NCBI GenBank assembly: GCA_965645245.1
Contig: OZ287083.1
Coordinates: 930,001-994,000, forward strand
Length of the DNA stretch: 64,000 nucleotides
Direction: 5' to 3'
DNA from: Massalongia carnosa
Taxonomy: Eukaryota
The notes under the pieces are model-generated. The model was not told where the DNA came from. It made no database searches and saw nothing but the letters and a program-made list of their open reading frames with translations. Made by a program: the position numbers and the translations under genes. How positions within the stretch are numbered: position 1 is the first letter of the stretch; each line of letters begins with the position of its first letter. Below are positions 34,042 through 45,191 of this stretch, in pieces.

Positions 34042-37000
34042 ACGTATTTTATCACCGGATGAACTTTATCACCGGATGAACACACCTCCAGAAATAGTAA
34101 TTACGACCTAAAACTAGAATATCTCAATGAACAATGAATATAAAGCTATAAAAATCATATGAGAGGGTAAATATCATTGTACGAACACGATACAGCTACT
34201 CCTTAAACTTAGAAGGAATCACTACAGTGCGCCCGCTACGAGCTACTCTCGTTTCGGGCAGTTTCGGCTCGATAAGAGGTGGATCCTCCAGTTTTCGCTC
34301 TATAGCTATAGTAGCTTGCTTCTTTTAATCCTTTTCTGACTGCTCTTCAAGCCTAAGCTGCTTATTAAGCTCCTTCTACTTCGTACGAGCTTCTTTTTCG
34401 CGCTGCTTCTGCTCCAGCTTTTCACCCCGAGTTTTCTGCCTAGTTTCGCGCCGTTCCTGAGCTTCCTGAGCTTTGCGCTCCCTCTCAGCAGGCCGATTTT
34501 GACGCTCTACTTCCTTTTCAAGCTTCTCCTGTTCTTTCTGAGCCTCGAGCTCCTCTTGACGGGTCCGAACCGCAGCAATTTTAGCCAGAGAAAAGAACAT
34601 AGCCTGCCCGGGCTCATCTTTGACAAATAGACCCATCGGTTTCCCCCTTCTCCGGCGTTTTTTTTCATCTACTAGTGCTGTACGAAGCCCAACAATCTCG
34701 TGTTCCAGTATATCATTTTTAATTGCTAGTTTCTCGCTTGCTCGAATCACCAAATCCAGTCCTGCAGCTATGTCGGTCGTTTCGGATCGAGTCGCTTTGA
34801 CTGCTCTTCGTACACCTCGTACTGAGCCCGGAGTCTTTTTCTTAGATTCGCTATCGCTTTGAATTGGTGATGGAGTCTTCCTTTTGAGTTGTATATGACC
34901 TTTTCGGGGCATAGTGGGTAAACCGCAGTGGCAGCGAAAGCTGAGCGTATATTTTCAAAGCTTAGGGCTGTTTTCCATGCCGTACGGAACATAGACCAAA
35001 AGCTACGCTTAGTAACTCGAGAGAAGCCCTGGCTCGACTGGATCAAATGGTCAATTTGGTTCGAATAGGCGGTAGAGAGCGGTGAGAAGATTCCAACATC
35101 CAGGGGCTGTAACCGATGTGTAGAATGCGGGGGCAAAATAGCTAGAATAATCCCATGATTATCGCATAACTCGATAAACTTCATGTTTACATTGCTCGAA
35201 TTATGAAATATAAATTCACTTTGTAAGTATAGTAGCATGATTGTCATTGAAGGTAATTATCTATGTAGGCTATTTACCTGCTTTTATAGCAGTCACATAA
35301 CAGTAATGCTGTAGGCCTCCCATAGCTGCCTGTTAGGCACCTTCCATAACTGCCTATTAGGCACCTCTTATAGATGCCTGGCAGGCACCCGTGGGACTCA
35401 CGATGGATGCCTATATTAGTGGTAGTCTGACCATCTAACAGATGGTAGCCTTACCATTTAACACTCCCATTCAGCCATCTTTGAGGCTATTCGGGAATTA
35501 ATTTCCTCTTTGAGCTTAGCTCATGCCAAGCATTGCAAAGGGTTTAGCGGCCAGTAGCTTCGTAAGCCAATCTGCCACCATCTCTTTGGTTCTTTATTTT
35601 GAACACCCAGCGACCGGTGATCACCTTTCGATCAGTCGGTGCCCTTTCTAGTGTCCAAGTTTCATTCTCCACTAGCGATTGATACTCGGTCTCCATGGCC
35701 TTTCTCCATTGATCCCAGTGGGGTGAGGACATAGCCTCTTTCAGTGTCAAAGGATCAGCGAAGCCCTCATTGTCCTCGCCTCCTGCCAGGGTTGCTAGAA
35801 CCCGCACCATGTGCTCATGGGATTTCGGGACCTGGTTTGAACTGAATACGGTGTTGATGCTGGGGCGAATGTTCTCCAGTGCTCTTTAACTGGGGACCCT
35901 TATTCGTCCAGATCTTCGAGGTTCGATGGGCTGGCGAGGAATGTCCTCCACTTCATCGGAGTCACTCTCCCCCCCATTCTCCTCTTCTCGGCCTCCCCCC
36001 GAAGCATTTACTCCCATTGGATGTAGCACTATCCGTGGTGCTGGTGGGGCCGTTTCATTTTGAACTTCCGAACTTCTCGATATTTCAGAGCTCGGAGTTT
36101 TTTTGGAGACAACGAAGATGGCGGATTATGACTTTTGTTTTCATCAACAAAATCATCTGGGTCATCAAACAAAGCATTATCGTCTCCCTCCCATGGAATG
36201 TCGGCCAGGTCCCAGGCCTTTTTGTCCTTGGAATCATATATATTGCCTTCGTCGACGGTGATATCGCGACAAACATGGACTTTTCCAGTGAGAGGATCGT
36301 AAATTCGATACTGATTGTTTCCTTCATACCCAACAAATATCCCCTGCCAGGACCTATCGTCCAGCTTCTTGCGCTTCTCTTTTGGGATATGTACCCACGT
36401 CCTAGCCCCGACCGTTCTCATGTGGCCGAGGAAGGGTTTCGCATTATTCATGCGTTCATATGGAGTGACCTCGTCAACCCCGGGACTTCTATTCTTGATG
36501 TACCCGGCCGTCTTCAGGACCTCCCCCCAAAGGGACTTTGGGAGCTTTTTAGCCTTCATCATGGACCGAGTGGGGACCATGAGGGTATAATTTTGCCTTT
36601 CGGCCTTCCCATTCTGTTCTGGCACATTTGGTGCCCGGGCCTCCCACTGGATGCCTTCACTCTTTAGGAATTCCTGGAAGTCACCACTGGTGTACTCCCC
36701 TCCTCCATCAGCTCGGAGTCTCTTTATTTTCTTTCCCGATTGATTTTCTATCCATGTCTTGAACTGCTTAAAACATTCGAAGGTTTGACCCTTTGTTTTC
36801 AGCAGGTAGATCCACACTACCCCGGAGAAGTCGTCTTTCATCGTAGCATAAAAACGTTCACCGAACCTTGTCAGTGGAAATGGTCCCCCTAAGTCGCTAT
36901 GCACTATTCCGAGAAATTCTGTTGCTCGGGTTCGTGGAGTGCGATTTATTTTCCGCTGTTGTCTTCCCATCATGCATGAGCCGCATACTTCTTCTGGTAT

Positions 37001-39960
37001 GGGTCCTTCGATGGTGACTCCATTGGCTAAATGATTTAACTTTAGGAGGTTTGGGTAGCTGAGATGGCCGAGTCGTTCGTGCCATGTTTGGATAGGGGCC
37101 TTTGTACCGTTTGTGGTGGTGAGGGCCCGTGCTTCGGTAGGGCTAATAGTGGTTGTCTGCAAAACATACTGATTATTTATTGTTTTGGCCAGTCCAACCA
37201 ACTTTCCTTTATGCACCAGTTGAGCGGGCTCGTCGTCCGCCATTAGGTACGTTGATATGCCCTTTTTGCCGAGTTGTATTGTACTGATGAGGTTAAATTT
37301 TAGGTCGGGGGCGAAAAGGACGTTGGTCAAAATGAGGTCCGTTACACCTCCATTTCCATTGTCCATTGATACGAGTAGAGAGCCTTTCCCCTCTGTCGAT
37401 AACACCTCTCCGGAACCTGTTTCTAAACAGCTATTTTCGCTCCGAAAGGTCCCTTCTTGAAAGAGATCTTTATTGCATGTAATGTGCGCGGTGGCACCGG
37501 AGTCGATCAATAGATCGTGGGCATTCTTGGGGCCTCGGTACAGATTTGCCATACAAATAAGCGGTGTTTCCTGGGTTCTTTTCCCGGAACATTCCCTTAT
37601 TGTACAAACTATTTGGGGTTTCGAGGTTTCATTACCTCCTTTCTCTTCGCAAACGCGTTCCAGGTGGCCGGTCTTACCACATTTCCTACATGTGGCGTTG
37701 CTATGCCTGCATTTCCCGGAGTGGTTATAACCACAATATTTACATTTGCTCTTACCCTCTTCAGTGGGGTTCTTATTCTTCTTTGCCTTCAGCATGTTAG
37801 CTATGGCAACAGGGTCCTAGCGCATGCGAGCTTCTTCGTCCTCCAGGTTCTTCAGTAGTCCATCCAGCGCAGGGAATTTATCCTCCCGCCGGGCCTGTTC
37901 GTTCAGGATGGTCAGGTAGGTGCTGAATGAACTACCGAGTCCGTTGAGAAGCTTGAGCACCACTATTTGCTCGACAGAGAGGGAAATGTCGGTGATCTCA
38001 GCCTTGATATCTTTGACTAGGCTACCGTACTCCTCAATGGTCTTGCACTTTTCATAACTGATCTCCTCTAGCCGGTTGAAGGTGCTCCATTTAGCACTCC
38101 AGTTCTTCGATATATAACGGGTCTTCAAATGCTCCCAGAGGTTCTTGGGATTCCAGATCTCACCGTTGGCTAGGTCCCTCATCGACAAGAACTCTTGCTG
38201 CACGCCGTCAGTGCACATCTTGCCTATCTTTCCTACTACTCTTCTTTGCTTTTCCTCGAACTCCAGTCGATCAAGGTCCCGTTCATCCCGCTTATCGAGC
38301 TGATCCGGTGTTTCTTCCAGAGACTTCGTCATCATCAGAACTCTTTGATGGAAAGGGAATCTCTCGAGGTATTTTCCGGGCCCCAGTAACATAACTCCAA
38401 AGTTCCGCTTCCTGCAGGGCGAAGGCCATGTCTCTGGACCATTTCTTATAGTTCCCGCTCCCCATCAGTTTGGGGAACGTGTATAGGCTCTCCCCTTTAG
38501 CCATGATGCTACAAGGAAGACGAAATGAGGAATAGGGCAGTGACCCTGTGGAATGGACTGATGCTTTGACTTTGGCGCGGACGGAGGTAGGGAATATATG
38601 TAGTATAGAATGGAGTAGATGGAGGGATGGAGGTAAGTTGGTTGACAATCAATGTGGAGGCTTTTCAGACGTAGCAGAAGTAAGCCGGGCTCATAATCTA
38701 TGAAATATAAATTCACTTTGTAGGTATAGTAGCAATGATTGTCATTGAAGGTAATTATCTATGTGGGCTATTTACCTGCTTTTATAGCAGTCACATAACA
38801 GTAATGCTGTAGGCCTCCCATAGCTGCCTGTTAGGCACCTTCCATAACTGCCTATTAGGCACCTCTTATAGATGCCTGGCAGGCACCCGTGGGACTCACG
38901 ATGGATGCCTATATTAGTGGTAGTCTGACCATCTAACCGATGGTAGCCTTACCATTTAACACGAATGACCATCCATAATCAATAGGCGCCTAGCGTTACC
39001 TGCCTTTTTGCGCGTAATCGGTTCGAAAAGCTTTAAAAGCCAGGAAAGCCCCAGTTCTTCATTGGTCCAGCCCTTTTTGGATACAGCAAAGTAAGCTTCA
39101 TCTGATGAGCAGTCATAATCTTCGAGCCAGGTATCTTGTAGATCGTACGAATCCCCCTAATAGATCAAAGCTAGTGTTAGAGCGCTACCGTCGGCGCAAA
39201 TCGTAGCCAAAAGGGAGATGAACTCGCGAGATCCGTCCTGACTCGAACCGAGCGTCTTTTTGCTTCGAAGGTAATCAATCGATACGATACGCTTCATAGT
39301 ACGACATATACCCATTAGGAAGCCTTTTTCATCGAAGTTGTATATGTTCGAGGGCTTGATATGGTATTTTTCGATCTTCTCCTGGAGCTAGGGGGTCTAG
39401 GGTCAGTTCAGCGGCATAAGCATAGGTTATAGGGAAATGAGGGGAAATGGGCTAGTAAGACTGCAAAGTAATGTTCAAAATGCTTAGAATTATCCGCAAT
39501 ATGCCTAGATTAGTCGATATTGCGTAGTAATACGCTTGTAAGCTCATTTTCGTAGCGCTCTAGAAATCGATAGACCCAGCACTTCCCGATGTGCTTTCTC
39601 ACGGACTCCACAACCAGATTTTCGAGTATTTGAGGAGTGGGATGAATACCCCGGTCCGAAAGCTCTCGAATATGCTCAATGAGGACCGATTCTTGAGCAT
39701 TGGTCAGTAGCTTATGATGTCTAGAGTGAGCTCCGGCGCTCGAGACGGTTTCGCCTTTGAAGCGACGCGTTAATGTCAAACGAGGTACGCTATGCTTTTT
39801 AGCAGTAGCAGCAAAATTAGGAGCTTTCTGGGATTTTAAATCAATAATCGCTTCCTGAATAGCTGCTTCGTTGACCATTTTAGACCAATTGGAATATTGT
39901 GGGTTAATTTTGGTTGGTGTGTTCATCCGGTGATAAAGTTCATCCGGTAATAAGATACGT
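34042..39960 (-). mobile_element. pogo/Fot1-like DNA transposon, decayed, carrying copia-3
   Basis: 45-bp TIRs ACGTAT...CCGGATGAACACACC with an internal tandem repeat. TA on the left. HTH region 39510-39878. DDE_1 motifs YNFDEKGF, IMDGHSS and PPHSTHRLQPLDVG. Confidence 0.93.
35202..38961 (-). mobile_element. Ty1/copia (copia-3) with internal deletion of RT/RNase H
   Basis: LTRs at 35202-35463 and 38699-38961. TSD CGAAT at 35197-35201 and 38962-66. PBS GATTATGAGCCC. Gag, PR (IDSGAT) and IN are present. 'RWVFKIK' joins directly to 'KEMVADWLTK' at about 35590. Confidence 0.95.
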
Positions 39961-40162
39961 TGATTGATTGATTGATTTATTCTTATTCCGATATGACACC
40001 GGCCGAAGGCCGGCCCATGCGGGCTGTCTATGTTTATCATACAAGGAAAACCCTTCTTGGGAATAAAAACCCCGTAGACTACGCACTACCTCCGGAGCCT
40101 CGCTGGCAACAGGCTGCTCTCTGTGATCGTTTTTCTTTAGAATCCTTGACGAAAATGAGAAG

Positions 40163-43100
40163 TTATATCTCGTATAACATTTGCGATGCTAGTGAGAACT
40201 GTGTTAACAAGTTTGCTTTTATTATCCATGCAGTTAGCTTTTTCAGCATTTTCGACGAACGCGTAATCGTCCGGTAGTCGTGGGTGCCCAATTGTCTGAG
40301 CAGCTCATATCTGCCTTCGATTAGTCTGCAGTGTAATATGATGTGTTTGGCAGTCTGTTTCTGCCAGCCACACGAGCAAGCTGGAGTCATAGCTCCCGGA
40401 ACCCGACGATTGAACAGGAAGTTTGCCAAACCTATTTTCTCAGTGCGGATTTGCGTGGTTAGCGCGCTTTCCGCCTTCATCAAGTTGTCATGAATCTTCA
40501 ATCTAGTTCTGTTGAGTGGTCCGAGCTGTGCCTCTGTTGGGTAGGGAACGCGGTCCTGATACGCCTTCCACCTGGTCTCCCAACGCTCCTTGATTCGTAC
40601 TGTAATGGTCTTTGCGTGCTTTCCGATAATTCGGCGTGCCGTGATGTATTTCTCGAGACGGACAGGGTCGGGTCCTGACCAGGGTCGGGGCGGCGGCGGT
40701 ATTGCGGCTGGGGCTTCGTTGTTTAGCATCTTGCTGGCCCATTCGTGTTTTAAATCTCCTAGGGTGGGGCGTTGTATTCTTTTGCGTCCTGCCTTGCCTC
40801 GTAGCTTGTTCGCTATTGTGCTGCAGGCAGTGGTGATCAGTTTCGCTTGCCCTGAGGCCCGTAGGCGGTATCTTGCTTTCATCTGCAGATGATCCAAGTG
40901 TAGCTCCATAGGGGCGATGAAAGTTTCCGCTTCGAGAACCTCGACGGGTGTTGCTTTAAACGCTCCTGCCACAGTGCGTAGGCATTTGTTCTGCATGACA
41001 CTGAGTTTGGACATCGTGGCCTTGTTTTTCTTGATTTCCTTGGGCGTGTGCCACACGGCGCTTCCGTATGTCATTGCCGGGCGGACGACGGAGGTGTAGA
41101 CCTGCCGGGCCTTTGCGAAGGATGCTCCCCAGGTGGATGCCGAGATTTTTGTGAGCGCTAGCGACTGCGACGTCATCTTTTCCTGCGTCTTCCGTATATG
41201 AGCTCCCCATTTTAGTTTTGTGTCGATTTGTAGGCCCAGTACTCTTATGTCCGTTTTTGGTTCAATCAGATTGGTTTCAATTTGAATAGTGGCCGTCATG
41301 TTGAATTTCTTTGGATTTCTTGACAAATGAATGAGTTCATATTTATCCGGTGCAAATACGGAGCCATGCCGTGTCGCCCACAATTCGCATTTCCTGTGAA
41401 TTCTTTCAAGAGTTCTGCAATTTTCTTCCGTGCTTTTACCGTATGCCAACACGTTTACGTCGTCTACGAATCCCAGCGCACTCGTGTTCGTGCCGGGTCT
41501 CTGGCATATCTCTAATAGGTCCGCGTTGTAGAACAGATACAGAATAGGGGAAATGGGCGAGCCTTGAGGAATGCCCGTGCGCACTGCGAACTCCCCGGTT
41601 GCTCGCCGATTTATTGCTAATGTGGTTTTCCTATTCTCCAGAAAGCTTGCTGTCCAGTCTGTGATCCATTTCGGAATTTTCCTTTTCCGTAGATTGTGTA
41701 TTAGCCTACGGTGAGACACCGTGTCAAACGCACCTGCCACATCCATGCTGAGTAGGGTTGCCACCTTGTCGTTGCCTTGTCCCCATACGGTGTATACCTG
41801 TTCTGTGAGAAGCTCGAGTGCGGACTCGGTGGATCGCCCTCGCCGAGCACCCATTTGCGTGTCGGGCAAGAGCCGATGCTGTTCCGCTATGTGGGTGATT
41901 TTCTTTGCGATGACCGCTTCTAGAACTTTACCCATTGTGTTCAGGAGAGCTATAGGCCGATATGCCTTTGGGCTGGTGTTGTCTTTCTTTCCCGGTTTTT
42001 TGAGCGTTATCGTGTTCGCTCTTTTGAACTCGCGAGGATGATACGCTTGCGTGACGCACGCCTGAAATAAAGGGGTTAGCAATTCTGCTAGCTTTGTAGA
42101 GCATGCCTTGAGGATTTTGTTGGTGATCCCGTCAGGACCCGGAGCCTTGTCGGACTTGAGGCATTGTATGTTTGCGATCACTTCGTTCTTTGTGATCATC
42201 ATGGGACAATCCGCGGCAGCGGGGTAGAATGACCCAGGTATGTCGCTCAGGTCCGCCGGCGGTGGTGGGGGAAAGAACTTGGCTTTCAGCATTTCCGCTT
42301 TTTCTTCGAACGTCTCCGCCGTCTGCCCTCCGTGCCTCAGTGGCGGCATTTTCGGTATCTCGCGGGGCTTCTGGCTTCTATCTTTTGCCCATCTTGCCAG
42401 CTTCCATATGCCCAGCGGCGACTCGGTGACTGCACTGATCTCTTTGCGGAATGAGAGCATTTTTGCTTTTCGGATTATCTTTTGCTTCTTGTCGTTGGAC
42501 TTCATGTACGCTTTCCAGTCGTCCATGTGACGCGATGACGACCAGGAACGGCGCAATTTGCGAGTCTCACGGATGGCGCGATTGCATTCTTCGTTCCAAA
42601 AAGGTTTCGCGTATTCGCTGGGTCTGGCCCAGGGGACGGAGGCGGCTATGATTTTCTGAAGATACTCTTGGATTGTCTGAGCATACTGGTCAATTTCCTC
42701 GGCGGAGCGGGGGTGGGTGACGGGCGGGGCGTTGCTTTCTGCCTCTCTCAGTTTCTCCATGTTCAGCAGTTTCCATGCTCTGCGCTTGACTTGCGTTAGC
42801 TGTTCACTACCGAGAAGAATGCGGGTGGAAATCGGGATGTGATCAGAGGATTGGTTCATTTCCGGTCTCGACATGCAGTGTTCTAGTCTTTCCGTCAGGA
42901 ATTCCGACATAAATACTAGGTCTATGGTGCTAAAAGAGTTCCGAGCCTCCCATGTAACGGTCCCTTTGGGCAGTGTAAGTGAGAGATCGAATTCTTCTAC
43001 TATATCCAGTAGTTGGTCCGCGGCTGCGTGTTGCGTTGGCCTTGTGACTCCGTTCCAAAATGGATGGTGAAGGTTGAAATCGCCGAGGAGGACGTGCTGT

Positions 43101-43525
43101 GCATCTGCGGCGAGTTGCTGACGAACAGCCGGGAGCGTGGAGGGGCTGTCTGTGGATGAATAAGAAGACGGGGACGGGTTATACACGTTATGAATGTGCA
43201 ACGTTCTCGTAACACCGTCGGTGCTCACGTTCAATTTCAACGTGCATAGGTCTGCGGTTGGGAATTCTACTTCCCAGCTTTCCGGGTCGATTTTCTCGTT
43301 GACGTAGAAGCATACGCGTGTGTCGCCGCCGGGGCGATATAGAAGGTGGAATCCGCTTTGGTGAGAGCTAAGAGTGGTCGGGGCGTGCGTGCTCCGCCAT
43401 GGTTCCTGTATTGCTATAACGTCGTAGTCCTGCGTGTTTGAATCTGCCAAAAGTGGTATCATTGTACTTACTCGGTCGTTTCTGACGTTGTACTGTAGTA
43501 TGTTAATGGAGTTTGTGTCCTTCAT
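40163..43525 (-). CDS. LINE-B ORF2: AP endonuclease, reverse transcriptase and C-terminal Cys/His domain (~1120 aa)
   Basis: Uninterrupted frame with GDFNLHH, SDHIP, PQGSPISP, FVDD and CSCG...HIILHC. Start taken at the ATG overlapping the ORF1 stop. No RNase H motifs seen. Confidence 0.95.
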   Translation of the reverse strand: MKDTNSINILQYNVRNDRVSTMIPLLADSNTQDYDVIAIQEPWRSTHAPTTLSSHQSGFHLLYRPGGDTRVCFYVNEKIDPESWEVEFPTADLCTLKLNVSTDGVTRTLHIHNVYNPSPSSYSSTDSPSTLPAVRQQLAADAQHVLLGDFNLHHPFWNGVTRPTQHAAADQLLDIVEEFDLSLTLPKGTVTWEARNSFSTIDLVFMSEFLTERLEHCMSRPEMNQSSDHIPISTRILLGSEQLTQVKRRAWKLLNMEKLREAESNAPPVTHPRSAEEIDQYAQTIQEYLQKIIAASVPWARPSEYAKPFWNEECNRAIRETRKLRRSWSSSRHMDDWKAYMKSNDKKQKIIRKAKMLSFRKEISAVTESPLGIWKLARWAKDRSQKPREIPKMPPLRHGGQTAETFEEKAEMLKAKFFPPPPPADLSDIPGSFYPAAADCPMMITKNEVIANIQCLKSDKAPGPDGITNKILKACSTKLAELLTPLFQACVTQAYHPREFKRANTITLKKPGKKDNTSPKAYRPIALLNTMGKVLEAVIAKKITHIAEQHRLLPDTQMGARRGRSTESALELLTEQVYTVWGQGNDKVATLLSMDVAGAFDTVSHRRLIHNLRKRKIPKWITDWTASFLENRKTTLAINRRATGEFAVRTGIPQGSPISPILYLFYNADLLEICQRPGTNTSALGFVDDVNVLAYGKSTEENCRTLERIHRKCELWATRHGSVFAPDKYELIHLSRNPKKFNMTATIQIETNLIEPKTDIRVLGLQIDTKLKWGAHIRKTQEKMTSQSLALTKISASTWGASFAKARQVYTSVVRPAMTYGSAVWHTPKEIKKNKATMSKLSVMQNKCLRTVAGAFKATPVEVLEAETFIAPMELHLDHLQMKARYRLRASGQAKLITTACSTIANKLRGKAGRKRIQRPTLGDLKHEWASKMLNNEAPAAIPPPPRPWSGPDPVRLEKYITARRIIGKHAKTITVRIKERWETRWKAYQDRVPYPTEAQLGPLNRTRLKIHDNLMKAESALTTQIRTEKIGLANFLFNRRVPGAMTPACSCGWQKQTAKHIILHCRLIEGRYELLRQLGTHDYRTITRSSKMLKKLTAWIIKANLLTQFSLASQMLYEI

Positions 43526-45144
43526 AAACATCCTTCTTCCATTACGTCCGTTGCAGGAGCGGTGCGGGTGATTAGTCCTTGGTCGTCGAGGGGGGGAGGT
43601 GTGTCGGGGGTCGGCGGGGAGGGTTGCAGCGGGTGGGCGGCGGGATTGGTGCGGGTGGGGGCGGGTGTTGCAGCCATCGTCGTTGACGTGTTGGGTGGTC
43701 TGCCTAGAATGGGCTTTGCCATTGCTCTTTGCATGTTCATGGGCTTCATGATCTCTGTGTCCTTCCACGACGTTCCTGTTGGGCGGCTTGGGCCTGCCGG
43801 CGATACTTCATGAGAGCCGGCTGGGGCGGTTTTTCTTTTCTTGCTGCTGACAACTTTCGGGATACCATTGACAGGGCTTTCCGTTGCCTCTCCTAGTGCT
43901 GCATTGCTTTCTTTGTCAGTTGGGGCCTGGGACGAAAAGATGAATGATCGTGCTACGATCGGGTCGCCCGTAGCGAAGAGCTGCGACGAGCTTTTCCTAG
44001 CCTTCTCTATCTTGCTCATTTCTTGTATCCTGAGTTTGCATGTGGGGGCCCACGCTACGTGGCCTCTCTCGTCGCAGCATGCGCATCTCTTCTGTCTACC
44101 GGTTGTTTCCGGGTTGCATTCGTTGGTCGGATGCCCGCCGGCGCAGTGGCCGCACGCCGTAGGATTGCGGCAACGTTTTCCTATATGTCCGTATTTGTAG
44201 CAGTTAAAGCACTGCGTCAGCTTGCAGCTCTTCGCAAATTTTTCGCAGTTCTTTATCTCGTGGTCGACCAGGAAGCCTTCGTTAATGAGGCGGTTGGCCA
44301 TAGCAGGGGTCTCTACTTCTATGTGCAGCGATGAGTATGCCTTCTTTTCTTTGATAGCCCTGAACGACCAGGCGATCCTCGTGATTTTTAGGCCTGGGTG
44401 TAATCGTGCATTAGCTGTCTGCAGGTACTGTATGATTTGATTCTGATTGGTGGCATCGATATGTTCCACCTTGACTCCGCTAGCTCGTACTGCAAAGGTG
44501 CGGCGCTGGACCGTGGCTGACGCTGCGACCGCGGTGATCCACTTGGTGTTCTCGTGTAGGGTCTTCTTGATCTCTGCTGATTCTGCGTGGATCCGTATGT
44601 CCCCGCTTGTGAGTCGAGATATTCCCACTATTCCTCCGACATTTTTCTGCAGCGATTCCACCAGCTCCTGGGTGGGCAGCTGTCTTACTCTTTCTCGATC
44701 GGCCTCATTGGTGAACCGTAGTGTGACCTCCCGGGCTCTTTTGGCCTCGCTAGGGGATAGTTCTTTGGTTTTTTGAGGTCTTGGGTGTCTTAGATTGTAC
44801 GTTGGGTTGGGCCCGACTTGGGCTCGGGATGTCGATGGGGTTGCCGCGGTGGCGTAGCTTGTGGTGGGCTCGTTGTTCTTTCTAACGCCTTCCATGCGAT
44901 TGAGCGCGTTCTTTATGTCCCGTAGGGATTCCGCCACCATGCTGGTGTCTTCATTTTCCGAGTTAATATGGATCTGCGTCTGCAACGTGGCTTTTACCTC
45001 ATTTAACAAAGAGTGCGCCACTGGGTCTCCTGAGCTGTTGCCAAGCTTTAAATACTCATCTATCTTTGCTCCCAAGAGCTTTATCGTCTTCTCCTGCTCC
45101 TTCTTGCGTCTCTCGCGGTCTTGTGTAGATTTGTTGATCATCAT
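43522..45144 (-). CDS. LINE-B ORF1 (gag-like, three zinc knuckles)
   Basis: 540-aa ORF with CFNCYKYGH-C, CGHCAGGH-C and CACC-H-C. Confidence 0.95.
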   Translation of the reverse strand: MMINKSTQDRERRKKEQEKTIKLLGAKIDEYLKLGNSSGDPVAHSLLNEVKATLQTQIHINSENEDTSMVAESLRDIKNALNRMEGVRKNNEPTTSYATAATPSTSRAQVGPNPTYNLRHPRPQKTKELSPSEAKRAREVTLRFTNEADRERVRQLPTQELVESLQKNVGGIVGISRLTSGDIRIHAESAEIKKTLHENTKWITAVAASATVQRRTFAVRASGVKVEHIDATNQNQIIQYLQTANARLHPGLKITRIAWSFRAIKEKKAYSSLHIEVETPAMANRLINEGFLVDHEIKNCEKFAKSCKLTQCFNCYKYGHIGKRCRNPTACGHCAGGHPTNECNPETTGRQKRCACCDERGHVAWAPTCKLRIQEMSKIEKARKSSSQLFATGDPIVARSFIFSSQAPTDKESNAALGEATESPVNGIPKVVSSKKRKTAPAGSHEVSPAGPSRPTGTSWKDTEIMKPMNMQRAMAKPILGRPPNTSTTMAATPAPTRTNPAAHPLQPSPPTPDTPPPLDDQGLITRTAPATDVMEEGCL

Positions 45145-45191
45145 TTGTACAAGCTCGACCGTACGTTATGATACTATCTCAACAAAACTTT

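Larger units (their letters stand above)
39961..45191 (-). mobile_element. LINE-B: intact Tad1-clade non-LTR retrotransposon
   Basis: Two open ORFs, conserved 3'UTR motif, and an (AATC)n tail at 39961-39977. Confidence 0.97.

Noticed and set aside
43526..43768. 81-aa N-terminal extension of LINE-B ORF2 in the ORF track
   Set aside because: It overlaps ORF1 in another frame and has no counterpart in LINE-A, which starts at the ATGA overlap.
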